Assembly: GCA_013239625.1 (NCBI GenBank)
Contig: MU054117.1
Coordinates: 4,206,677-4,270,676, forward strand
Length of the DNA: 64,000 nt
Direction of reading: 5' to 3'
From: Lama guanicoe
Lineage: Eukaryota
The notes under the pieces are model-generated. The model was not told the origin of the DNA. It did not search any database and was given only the letters and a program-made list of their open reading frames with translations. Position 1 is the first letter of the stretch, and every line of letters starts with the position of its first letter. Positions 36,257 through 49,530 of this stretch are shown piece after piece. A program made the translations under genes and the position numbers.

Positions 36257-39200
36257 AATGTTTCCCAGCTAAATCCAAAACTTCACAGACTGAAACCTGT
36301 GCAGAAACCAGCAGCTGGCAACACATGCCATCCCTCCTTGGCTTCCTATCTTGAATCCAGCCTCACCTCCTTCCAACCCTGGGTTCTCTGCTAACTTACA
36401 GGGCAGAGCCAGGGACATGAGCCAGGTTGGCACAGAACCTGGGCAGGTGAGGTCTTCAAGCCAAGTCTTTGATCTGACCACTCCCAAACCACAGTCAGGA
36501 AAGAGCTCGCTTTGGGTCGCTGTGATTTTTGGCCATCAATACCCGGCTCAGCAACAAATCCCTATACAGGGCAGCCCAGGCTGGCGATGAAGACACATTC
36601 AGGACCTTTAACCTCAGCCTTTCAGAAAGCAACATTTCTAGTTCAAGTGCCACCTCTTCCAGGAAGTCTTCCTGTATTCTATTAGTAGCAACTACTCTTC
36701 ACCTGCTGTCCCGTACTATCACATTTGTACTTATATTCCTGAATAGCCCTCACTTCACCCTGCCTCGCACATGTCTGTCTCCCTAGTAACTGACAGATCC
36801 CAAAGGACACACACTCCACCCTGTTCCTCACCGTACCTCCCCTTGTTGCCGGGCACAGAGACGTGCTCAGGGTAAGAATCAGCCGAACTGCCTTTATAAA
36901 TCCCAGGGGAGGATCAAGAAGGAGGTGGCGGGGCTCAGGAAATAATTAACCACATGTTGATCAACATTTTTTCCTCTCCCTTCCCTCCCCCGAACCAGCT
37001 GTGGCCGGTCCTTCCTGAGCCCGGCCTGCTGAGAGGCCCCTAAGAAGGAATGAGGCTCCTCCTGCCTCCCTCCTGCAGCGATTTGGGTGGGTCACATTTC
37101 AGGCAGGTAGAAGTGGGGCTCAGAGGCCGAGAGGGACGGATCGAATCACGCAACCTTCTAATGGCCAGCCGTCCTGGAGAACTCGGGCAAGGACCAGGAC
37201 CCCTGCCTTGCAGGAGGAGGAGGGAAAGCCAGTTTCTGGGGTGCCAGGGTTCTGGGTGGGCTCTCCACGTGAGGGCTGGAGAGGGCCGGGCGTTTAAGAT
37301 GGCAGACATGTGCAGCGAGGTGGGGGCACAGTGCCACTCCTGCTGTCCACAGATGATGCCCGAAGGCTCTTGAGATGGTATGACCCATAGATACCGCTGT
37401 CAGGGCACCGAAGCAGCGAGATATTTCTAAGAGGGCAGCAGAGCTGCCACGGGGATGGGTTTCACTTCAGGGCCGGATTTTAGGAAGCCTCCCTTGTGAA
37501 GTGCCATCCCTGAGGGAGGTGGGAATGAGGAGGGGCCGTTTCCCCCTCCCCAGGCTGTAATCCCGATGGGGCGGGGCGGATGCCGCCAGTGCGCAGTGCC
37601 CTTGGTGCATCCCCCGAAGTCCACAGCGACACGTCCCCGGAGCCTGGTGGGCTTCTGGGCGCCTCGCGGCCACATGCTGCCTTAGTTAGACAGCAACAGA
37701 CACTTCCAAATAAAATCCTGTGTATCAGCTTCAGCAAAGTCGTCAGTAGCTAAATCTAACTCAGATGCTCAAAGCCTGTTGTTTCGTCTCATCCATATCA
37801 AAACCTCCCAGCTAAGAAAATCGGCCTGGGAGCAGATACTCATCTTCCTGAAGACAGGGCATGACTAACATGGGGTCACACCTGTGCACATCCAATGGCC
37901 CAGGCCCTCAGGTTCCCCAGAAAATAAAGCCCGCTTCCCTCCGGGGATGCTGGAGTGTTAACCCAGAGCAGTGCAGGCAGAAATCCACCCCTCTGCCGGC
38001 AGGGACGCTCGCATGGCCCAGAAGGGGACATTACAGCCGCTTCCCTCCAGCTAGAACAGCACTTCCCCCACCGTCTCACTCACAAACCTTGTCTCTGCCA
38101 GGGCACGAGTGCTGCTGGCTAGAAGTTCCCAGAAGAAGCTACTGTGAGTGGGGCCCCCGCTGGATACCTCCCTGAGGAACATCCCAGGCAACTCTCACAG
38201 GCACGTGTGGGCGCACGCGCACACACACACACACACTCACTCCGCTCAGGCCTGCAGGCCCCGAGGTTTCTAGAGCACAGGCAGGATCCAGGGCGGAGAG
38301 CCCTGCTGGGCGGGAGAGACCCATTCGCAGTCTCACAGTGCAGCCTGCTGGGCACAGGCGCCTGGATGCTCGGGCACGGGAAGCGGGGGGTCGAGAGCCA
38401 CAGGGAGGGGCATCTTGCCTCCCCTCTGCCCACTTTCAACACCTGGGAAAGGAACCTCTAACCCCAAATCTCAAGTTGAGGCTTGAAGGGCCACGGAAGG
38501 GGAAGGAGAGCTGGTCCTGGAACTTTCAACATGTGAACAAATCTCCCACCGGCGCTGAGCTCTGAGCCGCTCAGTGCTTTAGACCGTTCTGAACGACGGG
38601 CCCGGGGAGAGGGACGGAGCTTGGTGTTGACGAGGAGCTGGGTGCCCAAGGGAACGGGCGGGAAGTGCCTGTGCCCAGCCTTCGCAGGACTTCCTGTCCA
38701 CATGCACAGGATGCCCTGCTTCCACGGGCCTTTCTGCACAGACCGTTTGGGTGCACTTCCCACGTGGGCACAGGGAGGGCGCAGTTCCCGGGGTGAGCTG
38801 TGATGGAAGGACACAGTCAGTGTGGGGCCAGCGACGGTGCAGGGCGGGCAGCTGTGGGCTTGGTCCCTACAGGTGGCGGCAGGAAAGGTGGAGAAGAAGC
38901 GGTGGGAGAAAGACAAGGGGCTGAGGACACACCCATAGGAGTTGGTGTCAGACCGGGAGTGGGACATGGGAGAGAGCTGACAATGGAGAAGAGGAAGGAG
39001 GTGATCTGGACCCACTTCGGAAGGTAGCGTGAAATGAGTCTCAGGTGGAGCCTACTGAGTGTGAGGGCGGGTAGCTGTTCCCCACCCCCGCCACCCCAGT
39101 TTCCTCGCCTGAGCCCTGCAGGTGCCTGCTCTCAGCTTCCCTGTCCCTTCCCTCTCTCCCCACGCCTGCCACCTCCTCTCTCTCAGCAGAGCAAGCTCCT

Positions 39201-40885
39201 TATACCACTGGGTAGACCAACAGTCCCCTACACACACACATCACCCAGCGTCCCATTCCCTTCCTTTCCAGCCAGCACCTGAGAAATGCCTAGGGTTCCA
39301 GCCTCCCCAACGTCCTGGTCCAAGCGGCCCCTGTCTAGACAGAGCTGGGCCCCGCCCGTTCAGGAACCACCAGGCCCCAGAGCTGGGCTCTGCTCCAAAG
39401 GCAGTCCTTCCCCTGCAGGTGAGTCTGCTCTGGTGCCCAAAACTGAGTGCACGCTGGAGCCATCTTCCACTTAGCTGGCCGCTGGTCACCTGAAGTTTTC
39501 TGTCTGGTGGGGAGAATTTTTTTTCCATCATATTTTTTGGAAAAAAACGAATGAGCACTTGGAGAAAACAGGCGACAGAGTGGGTGGCCACTGGAGACGC
39601 CGAGAGGAAGATCAAAGCCCGCCAGGCATGGAGGAAGCGGCCTCGGCGTGGCCCAGAGAACCGTCTAGGTGGCCCGCGCCGGGAGAGGGGAGGTGCCGGG
39701 TGAGGGAGGGGAGCAGGCCCCGTGGACCTGCTCCCCGATCCCAGCGCCTCAGCTAACAGTCTTCAGCTGGAACAAACACCTGCTGTCAAGAGACATCCAA
39801 CCAAGCTCCCAGTTCCCTGGGAGGCCCGGCCCAGCAGCGTGGGAGGTGAACTGCGCAAACTGTGACTCCCAGCCTGCGCTCTTCTTCCAAGAAGGAGCTG
39901 GAATCCCTCCCTCTGGACTGCATCCTCCTGGCTGCTGCCCCTCTCGCGGTCCCAGCCCAGGGCGTGCGGCCAGGAACACACTCGGAGTCTGCCGGCTGAT
40001 TTATTCGCCCGTTGGAAGAGCCACAAGTGACCGTGTGGCAGGGAGTCCACGACGCTGTCAGTCATGGGGCCGCGTGAGCGGGTGCTACTGAATTTCCTCA
40101 CAGATCCCTCAGCTCGGCCTCCCAGGTGCGGACAGCCAGGAGGTCGAAGACCAGTGAGGGCATCTGACTCGCCCAAAGAAACCAGCCCCGAGGGGCCAGG
40201 CCTGGACAAGAACCCAGTGCGCTCCCACTGCACGGGGCTGCCTCCCGGCAGTCCCGCTGGGAAGGAGGCTGGTTCTAAGAGCCCGCTGAGTTTCCAGAGC
40301 CCTCAGCCCATTTTAGGCTCATCAGACCTCCTGCACGCTAGCAAGTTCTTTCAAAAAGCTTTTTCATCCACGTTCTGCAGAAGCTGGGGGCGTCCCAAGG
40401 GGCAGGACGTCACTTCAGGGGCAGCGCTGAGGGAGGGGTTTCAGGATCCAGTCGTCTCCCTTCTGATTCTACGGCGAAGCCATCAAAAGCCCGCGTTTCC
40501 TCTCAGACCAGCCGGGTTACTCCTCATGTGAGTTGCCGGGCCCTCCCTCCTCGTGGTCAACACCGTGGCCACCCGGGGATCTGCTTGACTCAGATCCTTC
40601 TCCAGGCAAATTCAAGGGACGGGGATAAAGGAGAAACCCTTACTCACCCTTCCCCCGACAAGAGCAGACAGGGAGAGGCCACAGTACTTAAGACCTCAAG
40701 ATGGAAGCCACGACGCATCCGTCCCCATGACCTGCTGCCCCACAGCCGCCACTGCCCTCCAGTCCACGAGCAGGGGCGTCACAACCCAGAAGAGCTGAGC
40801 TCTTCGCTTGGCCAGCAGACTTCCAGGGGCCAAGAGGGTGGACAGATTTTTCCAGTCCTCCCCAGAGTCCCCTCCCACATCTTAC

Positions 40886-40950
40886 CTGATGAGGTCAATA
40901 GGTTGAAACTTGTAAAACACCCCGTAGCGTGCCCATTCTTGATACAGCAG
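40886..40950 (-). CDS. ANO2: ANO2 coding exon, 65 nt (LLYQEWARYGVFYKFQPIDLI-R)
   Basis: Acceptor cgtttag|CTG and donor AG|gtaaga; phase 0 to 2; conserved pre-TM1 QPIDL motif. Confidence 0.96.
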
Positions 40951-41232
40951 CTAAACGAGAAAAACAGGGAACCAGATTAGAAGTGATGGGGGCAACTATT
41001 CATCTTTTGTTTATCCATCTTAGCAAGTCAAAATTTGACACCCCCACCCCAAAGCCATCCTACCAAGTGAAAACGGAATCCCCAAAGCCCAGCTTTCAGG
41101 AAGATTCTCATGAGACGCCCACAGGCAGGAGACCATGGATGCTGACTTCGCCCCCACCAAGAGTAGAGGTGACCTTTATCCCTCCCTCTTCATTCCCTTG
41201 AGTTGCTGCGTCCAGCAACATGAGGCCTGGCC

Positions 41233-42520
41233 TTCACTCACTCGTTTAACAAGTATTTACTGCACATCAGCCACATGCAGGCCCTGTCCGGACACCAGAT
41301 AAAGCAGTAGACCAGAAAAAGTGGCTGGCATCACAGAGCCTGCCCCGTGGTGTGCAGGGACAAATATAAATGCCATGGAGAAATATAAATCGAGGTGGGG
41401 GTAGACCATGGAGGCGGGGTCGGGTAGGGCACTATTTCAGATAGGATGGTGAAGGCAGGCCCCTCTAAGGAGGTCACACCTGAGCTGAGACCTGAAGGAA
41501 GTCGGCAGGCGGGATGTTTCAGGCAGAACACTCCTTCTCTGCAAAGGCCTTGAGGAAAGTGCACGTGACACGGCCTAGGAAGAACAGGGAAGCCGTAGGC
41601 CTGGGACGGAGCAGAGGAGGACATGGGAGTTAATGTGAGAGAGGACTGGGTGGCTGGACCAGTCAGCGGCTTGTGGGCCATGCTAGAATGTCTCGTCTCT
41701 GAAGGAAGCCACGGGCAGGTCAGGGGAGGAATGCTCTGGTTTAGATGGCAGATGGCCACTCTGGCTGCTGCACGGGGAGCAGGGTGAGGGCTGGCACAGG
41801 AGCAGGGGAGCTCCTGCAGTGGTCCAGGGGAGAGGTGATGGTGGCTGGTACCTCGGAGGTTATGGAGGAAGTAGTGAGAAGCGGTTGATTCTGCTCACAT
41901 TTTAAAGGGAGAGCGAGTAAGATTTCCTGTTGGATCAGATGAGGAATGAGGGAACATGAGAACTTGGCCTGCGCGATTGGGTAAATGGGGATTCTGTTTC
42001 CTGAATCGGGGAACAGGCTGGGGAGGGGGGAACCAACGGCTCCATCTGGGATGTGTTCATTTGAGATGCAGCCACATGGGGACACAGCGTGAGCAGCTGG
42101 ATATAAAAGTCTGGAGTTCCAAGGAGAGTCCAGACTGGAGACGTAGACCAGGGAGTTATCAGAGAAGAGATGATTTGTAAAGTCATTACATTACAGATGC
42201 AAAGTGAGAGCAGGTGGAGAAGAGGCCTGACGTCTGGGCCCAGGGTGCCCCAAGGTTTCAAGGTCAAGAGCAAACAAGGCAGAGGAGCAGCGGTGATGTG
42301 GAGCAGAACTGGAGTGTGCAGCGTCCTGGGAGCCCAGGGACGGTGGGAGTCACAGGGAAGAAAGGGGGCAGCTGGGTCAGATACTGCTGATGGCCCAGGG
42401 CAGCCGCGGATGGAGAAGCGACCTTGGATTCAGTGACCTGAAGGTCACGGATGGCCTCGAGAAGAGTGGCTTCAGTGGCAGGTGCGGGTAAAACCCGAGG
42501 GGAACACATTCTAGAAGCTA
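41233..42520 (-). mobile_element. L2 (L2a-like) 3' fragment
   Basis: ttcactcactcgtttaacaagtatttactg start and gaggtcacacctgagctgagacctgaagga; minus-frame remnants such as PATITSPLDHC resemble the L2 ORF2 C-terminus. Confidence 0.75.
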
Positions 42521-45500
42521 AGGGAGGAAATGATGCTCCCAGCACGTCAGACCATGCCAGCCCGTGAGGTTCCCACAGCAGCTCTAGAGGACTGGCCTGG
42601 AGGCAGCCCTGTGTACCAACCCCAAGAGCAAACCACACTTGACTTTCAAACACCTGGGCAGCGAGCATCACAGATCACCCCCAAGCAAATGGAGTGACCT
42701 GGTAATGGGCCGTCACCAGACGTCGCCTGGATATCCGTGCTAAACAGGTATCAGCGCGTGGTGAAACTGACAAGCCTACAGGGCGGCTGCTGTTCTGCGT
42801 CTGTGTTCTCCCCCATCACATCTTCTCGCAGATCACACAGGGCTCACACGGCATTCTGGCAGGGGGGGGCTACCCTAATCAGGTATTTTGAAGATCCAGG
42901 TGAACGTCAGCCCCTACAAGAAGCCACCCTTTCCACCTTTAGAGAATCTTGAAGGACATGATAGTAAAACTGAGATAAGAACCAGCATTCCCACTTAATG
43001 GCTATAGACCTTTACTGCCACAGTACCTCCCGACAACCGCGAAGGAGAACCAGGAACTACGTGGACCCTGGTGAGCATGGTTACCACCGTTTGCAAAGTA
43101 GGAAACTCAGACATGGGGGGCGGGAGGGGTTGCCCAGCACACGAGGGGCAGAGGCAGAGCTGAATCCGTGAGTTCTGACGCTGTGAGCAGGCGACTCCTA
43201 GCCCAACCTTATTGCTAGTATTACAGCTCCTCCTCCCCGTCATCTGGGTGCTTCTACGGCCCTGGGTTTTTATTTCCTCTCCCCAGTGTAAACCCTGAAC
43301 TCAGCAGCACCTGGCTGTCACCGGGACACCATCTGTGGCCCCTGGGGAGGCCAGCTTGCGTCAGGAGGTGCAGGCAAGGCCTCCCTGGTGGGCTGCGGGA
43401 CGTCACCACCCACCTCTCAGGCCCCGACCTCCAGAGCAAATGCCTCTCCAAGACACGGGTCCCCAGCCCTAACCCGAGCCTGAGAGCACCTGCCTTATGC
43501 CGCCCTGGAGGGAAAAACTGAAAATGCTCCCAGAAGCCAGCATGGCCCAGGCGGCTCAACTGGGCCTGCTGGACGAAATCTCCAGAGTCTTTTCTCAGTG
43601 CTGCACCCTCTCAGCACGAGGCTGCACCCACAGTTCGCGGGTACAGGTGAGGCTGAGGCATGAGAGCTGCCTGAGCTGGACATGGACGGGCGCAGTGGGC
43701 ACGGAGGAGGAACTTGTCAGGTGGCCCTGTAACAGCTGGGGCTTTGGGGCCCCAGATCTGGGAGGTGATGCGACAGTGACACCCGGACGCCGGTGTGGCT
43801 CTGCCCAGGCCAGCTCGCACAGCCCTGCAGGGGAGGCGGGGCGATGGGCGGAGGGTGCTGTCCCTGTGCCGACAAATGTTTAATCGCACGCACACCAAGT
43901 GGGTCATGCAAAGCCCCGGGTTCCAGGGGCCCAGAGCAGACGGGCAGTCGGGGTGCAGGGAGGCACGCCAGGAGTCTCTGCCGCACGGGGGTTAGTGTGG
44001 GGTGAGTCAAGGGCAAGGGGACAATCACAGTAACTTGTAACAGTCCCTTTAAACTCACAGGGTCTAGAACCTTCTAATACAGCTCTTAGCCAGTCCACTC
44101 CCTCCCTTAGAGTTACGCCGCGACCTCCTCATCAATGGCCAAGCCCGCAGGGAGGGCAGGGAGGGCCTGCGGCTCCTTCTCAACACACAGAGCTTTACTG
44201 CAGAGACACACGGGTCTGACCCCAGACCTTTATGGCAGGAAGCAACAAGCCACAGGGGCCACTCCCTCTGAGGGCTCAGAGCACACTGGTGGCCAGGCCA
44301 GCTCCTAGGGCCACATGCGACCGTGGGTCAGCTGGTTTAAGTATTTCATGAGACTATAAAGGAACTCCACTGTTGAGACCACTTGCGATGCCAGAGAAGG
44401 GCAAGATGTGTGAGGTTCACGGCCTTCCCTGAGGCCACAAGCTCCTTGGAGAGGAGCTGGACCTGCGACGGAGAGAAACCAGATGCAGACGACCTAGAGG
44501 CATCGATGGGACAGGGTGGACCTGGGCAGGAGAGGGCGGGCTTCTACACCCAGTTCCTGCAATGACCTGTGTGAGCTCCTGGCAGGTCACTTCACCACCT
44601 AGGTCTTCTCAGTTAGCGGAACGGGAGTGGCGCAGGGTGGGAAAGCTAGTCCTGCAGCGAAACCAAGGAGAGCAGCAGCTTTCCCGTCAGACAGACGAGA
44701 CCAGCACGCTTCACCCCCTTCTAGAAGGTCACTGTTTAACCGCCCGCTGGAGAAGACAGTCATCGGCCAAAGCTGGAAAACCCAGGACCAAGGGTTTAAA
44801 GATTGCTAAAGGAACTCATATTCCCAGGTTGTGCCTTGGGTTCCCCCTGGAAGTGCGCAGGGAAGCCACGGGGCACTGGCGGGACTCGGGCAGCCCTCAG
44901 ATGGTGGTAATGGTCACTTCCCCGGGACACCGGGGAAAGCAGGCGAGTCTGGCGAATGCAGAATCGGGTGGCTGAGCGGGAGGGGTGGGTCCACACCCAC
45001 ATCCATGACGCCCTGTTCTCTGGAAAGGCAGGAAACCCCTGTTCTCCAGAGGGAGGGAGCCTCTTGTTAATCACCCTCCAGGAAGGGGCTGAGTCATGGA
45101 GCAGGACTGCAGAAGGCAAGCTGGAGGGAGGGAAGGAGATCCTCTCTGCCTGCGAGGAGCCCGGGAACAGCCACAGATCGCAGGGAAGAGAGAACCGAAC
45201 CCCAGGGACCAGCAGGAGGGCGGGTCAGCCCCAAAGTCTCCCAGAGTGGGGACCCCGCAGCAGTTCCCAACCCTTCTCCACCGCCTCCAGCAACATACCC
45301 AAGGGCTCTCCCTCACCTCCAGCCAAAACCCTTCCTGCAGCCCCATGAGGAACACTCGATCTTATAATGCAACAAAAGCTAATAAATGTGCTGCCTACAT
45401 TCAGAGGTCTGGGCTCTTTCTTCAGGATACCTTTTAGCCGCTCCCCCATAGACCACTGAAGCCACAGGAAGGACCTCAGCCCTGCAGTGAGCTTTCCTCT

Positions 45501-47414
45501 TGCCAAACACAGAGCCTGTGTCCACCTGGCTGGGATCTGGACGCCGAGATTTCAGTCCTGACTGGACACTTGTGGACGTCGGAACCAGCCTCCTTGCCTT
45601 GCTGAGTATCCATTTCCCAACCCAAATGGACAGGAAAAAAGCTTTCGCTCTCACTCCTCACTTCCCTTACCCCCCATCAGAGCCAACTTTATTTCCCTAA
45701 CCGTCATTCTGGCAGAGGGAAACAAGGTCGCCACTACCAACTGGTAAAGCCAAGGAAAAGCCACAAGAATTGGGCTCCTTGTCTTCTAAAGACACTCGTG
45801 CACCCTCACCGAGCATCCTTTTGACATCAGCCTTGGGAACTGCCACCGAGATGCAGCTCTGTCCTGGCTGGTCTCTCCCTGCCTCCCAGATTCCACCCAT
45901 TCCAACAGCTGGGGTGCGCACCGGGAGTGATTCTGCTGGCGTAAGCAAACCAGCCCCTGGAGGAAACCTTGTTAAAACGTTTTGTTGTTAATAACAATAT
46001 AATGTCATTCCAAAGACAAACGCACACGTATTTGGGGTCGTCTACTACAATTTGCTTCTCTCTGCCTCTGTGCGGATCACAGGAGGCCGCCTGATGTCTC
46101 CCATGAGTTCTGTGTGTTCCTGGTCTCTGGAATATTCCTGCAAAGTGCTCTCTCCCTTGACAGGTTGGGGGGGGGTCGCCACCCACCCAGCAGGAGGTCC
46201 CGCAGGTGGGCGGTGGGTGGGGACCACTCTTTAAAGGGGAGGAATGTGAAACGGAGGACAGAAAAATGACTGGGGTGAGCCAGGTGAGATGCGGGGAGAC
46301 AGGCTTCCTCCTTCCCCTTTAAATCTGATCCGGGACTTTTCAGGAAATTAAACACCGAAACTATTAGCATTGGATAGAAAACAGGTGAGGCTCAAACATA
46401 GCCCAGCTCCAGCAGATCCCTGGGCAGGCAGAGAGGGGACATGTGCAAGCAATCACGGCAGTATTTCTGGAAAAGACCTTTTTATGTTTTTAATACTTAA
46501 CACTTCATAACAGGGCCTAATAGGCAGGATGAAAAGAAGGCTGCTCCAAAGGCAACTTGGGGGATGAACGATTCTCCAGAAGCAGAGTCGGGGCGAGGGG
46601 CGGGAAGCGCACATCCCACCCTCCCTCGCCCCCGCCCTCCTCTGCTCCCCAGAGTCGCTGAAGGCTGGGAAACCTGGGTGGAAGGATGGCATGAGGGGGT
46701 GACGGCCAGACAGGCAGCCCCCGCTCAGGAGGCTGGGTGACGCTTAGAGCACCATGCCGGGGCAGGGAGGGCGGCACCCCAGTCCCAGAGTACCAGCAGG
46801 CAGAAGACACAGGACCTAGGTGGAGCACTGGGGACAGAGCTGTCCAGGCAGGAGCTGTCACCGGCATAGGAGGGACCCTCCAAGAGGTCTCTTTTCCCTC
46901 CCCTAAATGTAACCTTCATTCTTAGCTGCCCAGAGCAGACAGCAGATTTCTCATCTGCAGTTTGGGAGGGGCTGCGCTCCACCTGTCTGCCTAGAGGAGA
47001 GGAAGATGTGAGGGTCAGAGAGGTCCTAGCCCTTCTCTGTTTATCGAGGTAGCACTATCATGGGCAAGGTACCTCACTGGGCTGTGCCACAGTTTCCCCA
47101 AACCCCTATAAATCAAGGGATCTGGACGCTCAGTGTCTCTTAGTCGAAGCTCTCTTGCCACCAGGGGCGGGGACACCGCTTTGGCAAGGGACTGTTGGGT
47201 GTATTTCAGGATAGCCGGCACCCCTGGCCCACCAGGCAGCGTCCCCATACACAGTCACGTCAGTGACCTCACGTTTCCAAAGGCCCAGGGACAGGGGGCT
47301 GTGGGAAAACTGCTGGAAATAGGTGAGCAGTCAACAGAACACTTGTCCCCAGTCCCACACCCACGCATGGCCCTCTGTGCCCAAAGCCCCCGGCACGGCA
47401 CCAGGCCGGCTTAC

Positions 47415-47456
47415 CTTTCTGTCATTCATGTCGTCCCCTGGACTGTCATATTCACC
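47415..47456 (-). CDS. ANO2: ANO2 coding exon, 42 nt (GEYDSPGDDMNDRK)
   Basis: Acceptor tcctgcag|GGT and donor AAG|gtaagc; symmetric phase 0 to 0. Confidence 0.94.
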
Positions 47457-48585
47457 CTGCAGGAGGAAAAAGGAATTATCAGAGACAGAGAAAGGTTTCT
47501 TTTTAACTTTCTAACATCATCCCTTTTTTTCATCCCCATTTAAGAAAGGTCAAGAGCACGCAGGGTTAGGAGACACTGGTCTGCTTCCTTGGTCACCAAC
47601 ACCTGCTGTGTGGCCTGGGGACAGCTTCTCCCACGGGAAGCCCCCTCCAGGGGTCAGAGGTCTCCCTGCACCTCCTCGCACCACGTGCAGCAGCAGAGCC
47701 TGCCTGGGAACGGGCTAGCACGTCAGGAAGACCTCTCTGCGCCCTGTCTGCACCTGGCAGACCCTCACCTCACGGGGGGCCCACAGCAGGGATGTCGGCG
47801 AGAAGAAGAGGTCACTGGGAAATCCCTTCAGACAGTGGGGGTCCCCATCCCAGTGGTCTCATCTGGCACCGCTGTGTGGCAGTTGCTAAAGTGACCAACG
47901 GGGTGAACAAGGTGGCCCGGGGGCACTGAGTTCACGGACCAGCTAAGTTCCTCACGAATCATCTTGAAGAATACCACTGCATCTTCTTATGGGACGTTTA
48001 TAATGTTATTCGGCCAAGGAAAGCTTTGATCATAGTTTCTCTGTTTTCCTTACTTAATCCCACAACAGTAGAAGGAATTTTGAGAGATTTGCTTCAAAAA
48101 TGTTAGGTTAAATGAAAAAGATCTGACACTTAATATGTACCTGCATAGAAGGCTGAGGAATTTTAATGTCCCCACAAAACGACCACATATCAAACATCAC
48201 TCTCGGGTCATTTAAGGGCCTGACCGTCCAGGCTGCATATTATCCAGGCCTGGGACCTCCCCTCCCCACCATCCACCCACCTTCCCCATCTCTTAGCCCC
48301 CCGCACGCCATTTCTATCTCTCATACTTTCCCCAAGATAAAGGCAGGAAGTGCGGGGAAAGCCCGAAGGAAAACCAGCTCGTTCAGCCATCGGGGAGATG
48401 ACCAAGAGACACCGGCAAAAACCAGCGCGGGCACGACCGTCAGTCACGAGTGGCCCAGAACCAGCCCAGGAGCTTCGGGGTCACAGCTCGCTCCTGCCTC
48501 CAGCCCATCTGCTCCCCACCGTGTCACCCGTGGTGCTCAGCCACCTGAAGACCGCAGGGACTGCCCCGACGCGGGCGGTACTCAC

Positions 48586-48641
48586 GTCGTGCAGGGGGTA
48601 GGCAGCCTCGTAGACGTTACTTGCTATCAGAGAGTTAATAC
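48586..48641 (-). CDS. ANO2: ANO2 coding exon, 56 nt (G-INSLIASNVYEAAYPLHD)
   Basis: Acceptor tctgtag|GT and donor GAC|gtgagt; YPLHD anoctamin motif; phase 1 to 0. Confidence 0.96.
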
Positions 48642-48932
48642 CTACAGAGAAGGAAGTCAGAGGCGTAAGGGAGGGCACGGGCTTCTTGACTTGACCTTGG
48701 TCTTCCTGTAAAGATTTAACCCCTCCCACCCCACCTCTCAGCTGAGAACCCCTGCCCTCTCCTCCAGACCGTCCCAGTCGAGAAGTTTTTGTTGGGTTTT
48801 ACTTCTTAGTGTAAGAACAGTGATACTTTTTCATTTCCCAAGTGCAAAGTTATGTTTGAATATCCAGTACGCTCGCTCAGATGACACATTCCTCCTACCC
48901 TCACTCAGATCGTCTCAGTCCCGGGACCCTCA

Positions 48933-48982
48933 CCACCACCAACCACCCGCCACGGCCACCACCAACCACCCGCCACGGCCAC
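48933..48982 (+). repeat. 23-nt tandem duplication
   Basis: ccaccaccaaccacccgccacgg occurs twice. Confidence 0.88.
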
Positions 48983-49180
48983 AGCCATCCGTGGAGAGCA
49001 TCTGTGTTTAGTGACAGCGTAGGAATGACCATGTGGATTACTTATAATTAATAAAAGTATATGCCAGACCATCCCACCACACTTCATCTGAGCTCAGCTC
49101 TGCCCCTCCCTGCTCCCTCACAGGGCGGGCTCATTACTGTCTGCGACTCATCTGCCTGGACCATTAGATCCCAGAGCAGC

Positions 49181-49530
49181 CAGGAGTTTTCAAGGTGTGG
49201 TCTGGGGAGCCCCGTGTGTCCCCGTGACCTTTGCAGGGGGTGCGTAAGGTCAAAACTCTTTTCACAATAATACTGAGACGTTATTGGCTTTTTCACTCCT
49301 ACTGTCCCACAGGTACACAGTGGAATTTGGTGACAGGTGACATCACCCTCCTGACAGCTAATGGGACATGGGCTTGCGTACCCTTGTGCTTTAAACTGTT
49401 CTCCATTTTAACTTCTAATACAGTAAATATTGACCAACACATCCCACCTAGACAGAAGCCCTGTGGGCGCTCTCGGTAATTTTGAACAGTGTAAAGAGGT
49501 CCTGAGACCACCACGTGTGAAAACCACATG
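49181..49530 (+). mobile_element. Non-autonomous hAT-Charlie-type DNA transposon relic
   Basis: Imperfect terminal inverted repeats caggagttttcaaggtgtggtct and agaccaccacgtgtgaaaaccacatg; internal ggtcaaaactcttttcacaataatactgagacgttatt is Charlie1-like. Confidence 0.7.
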
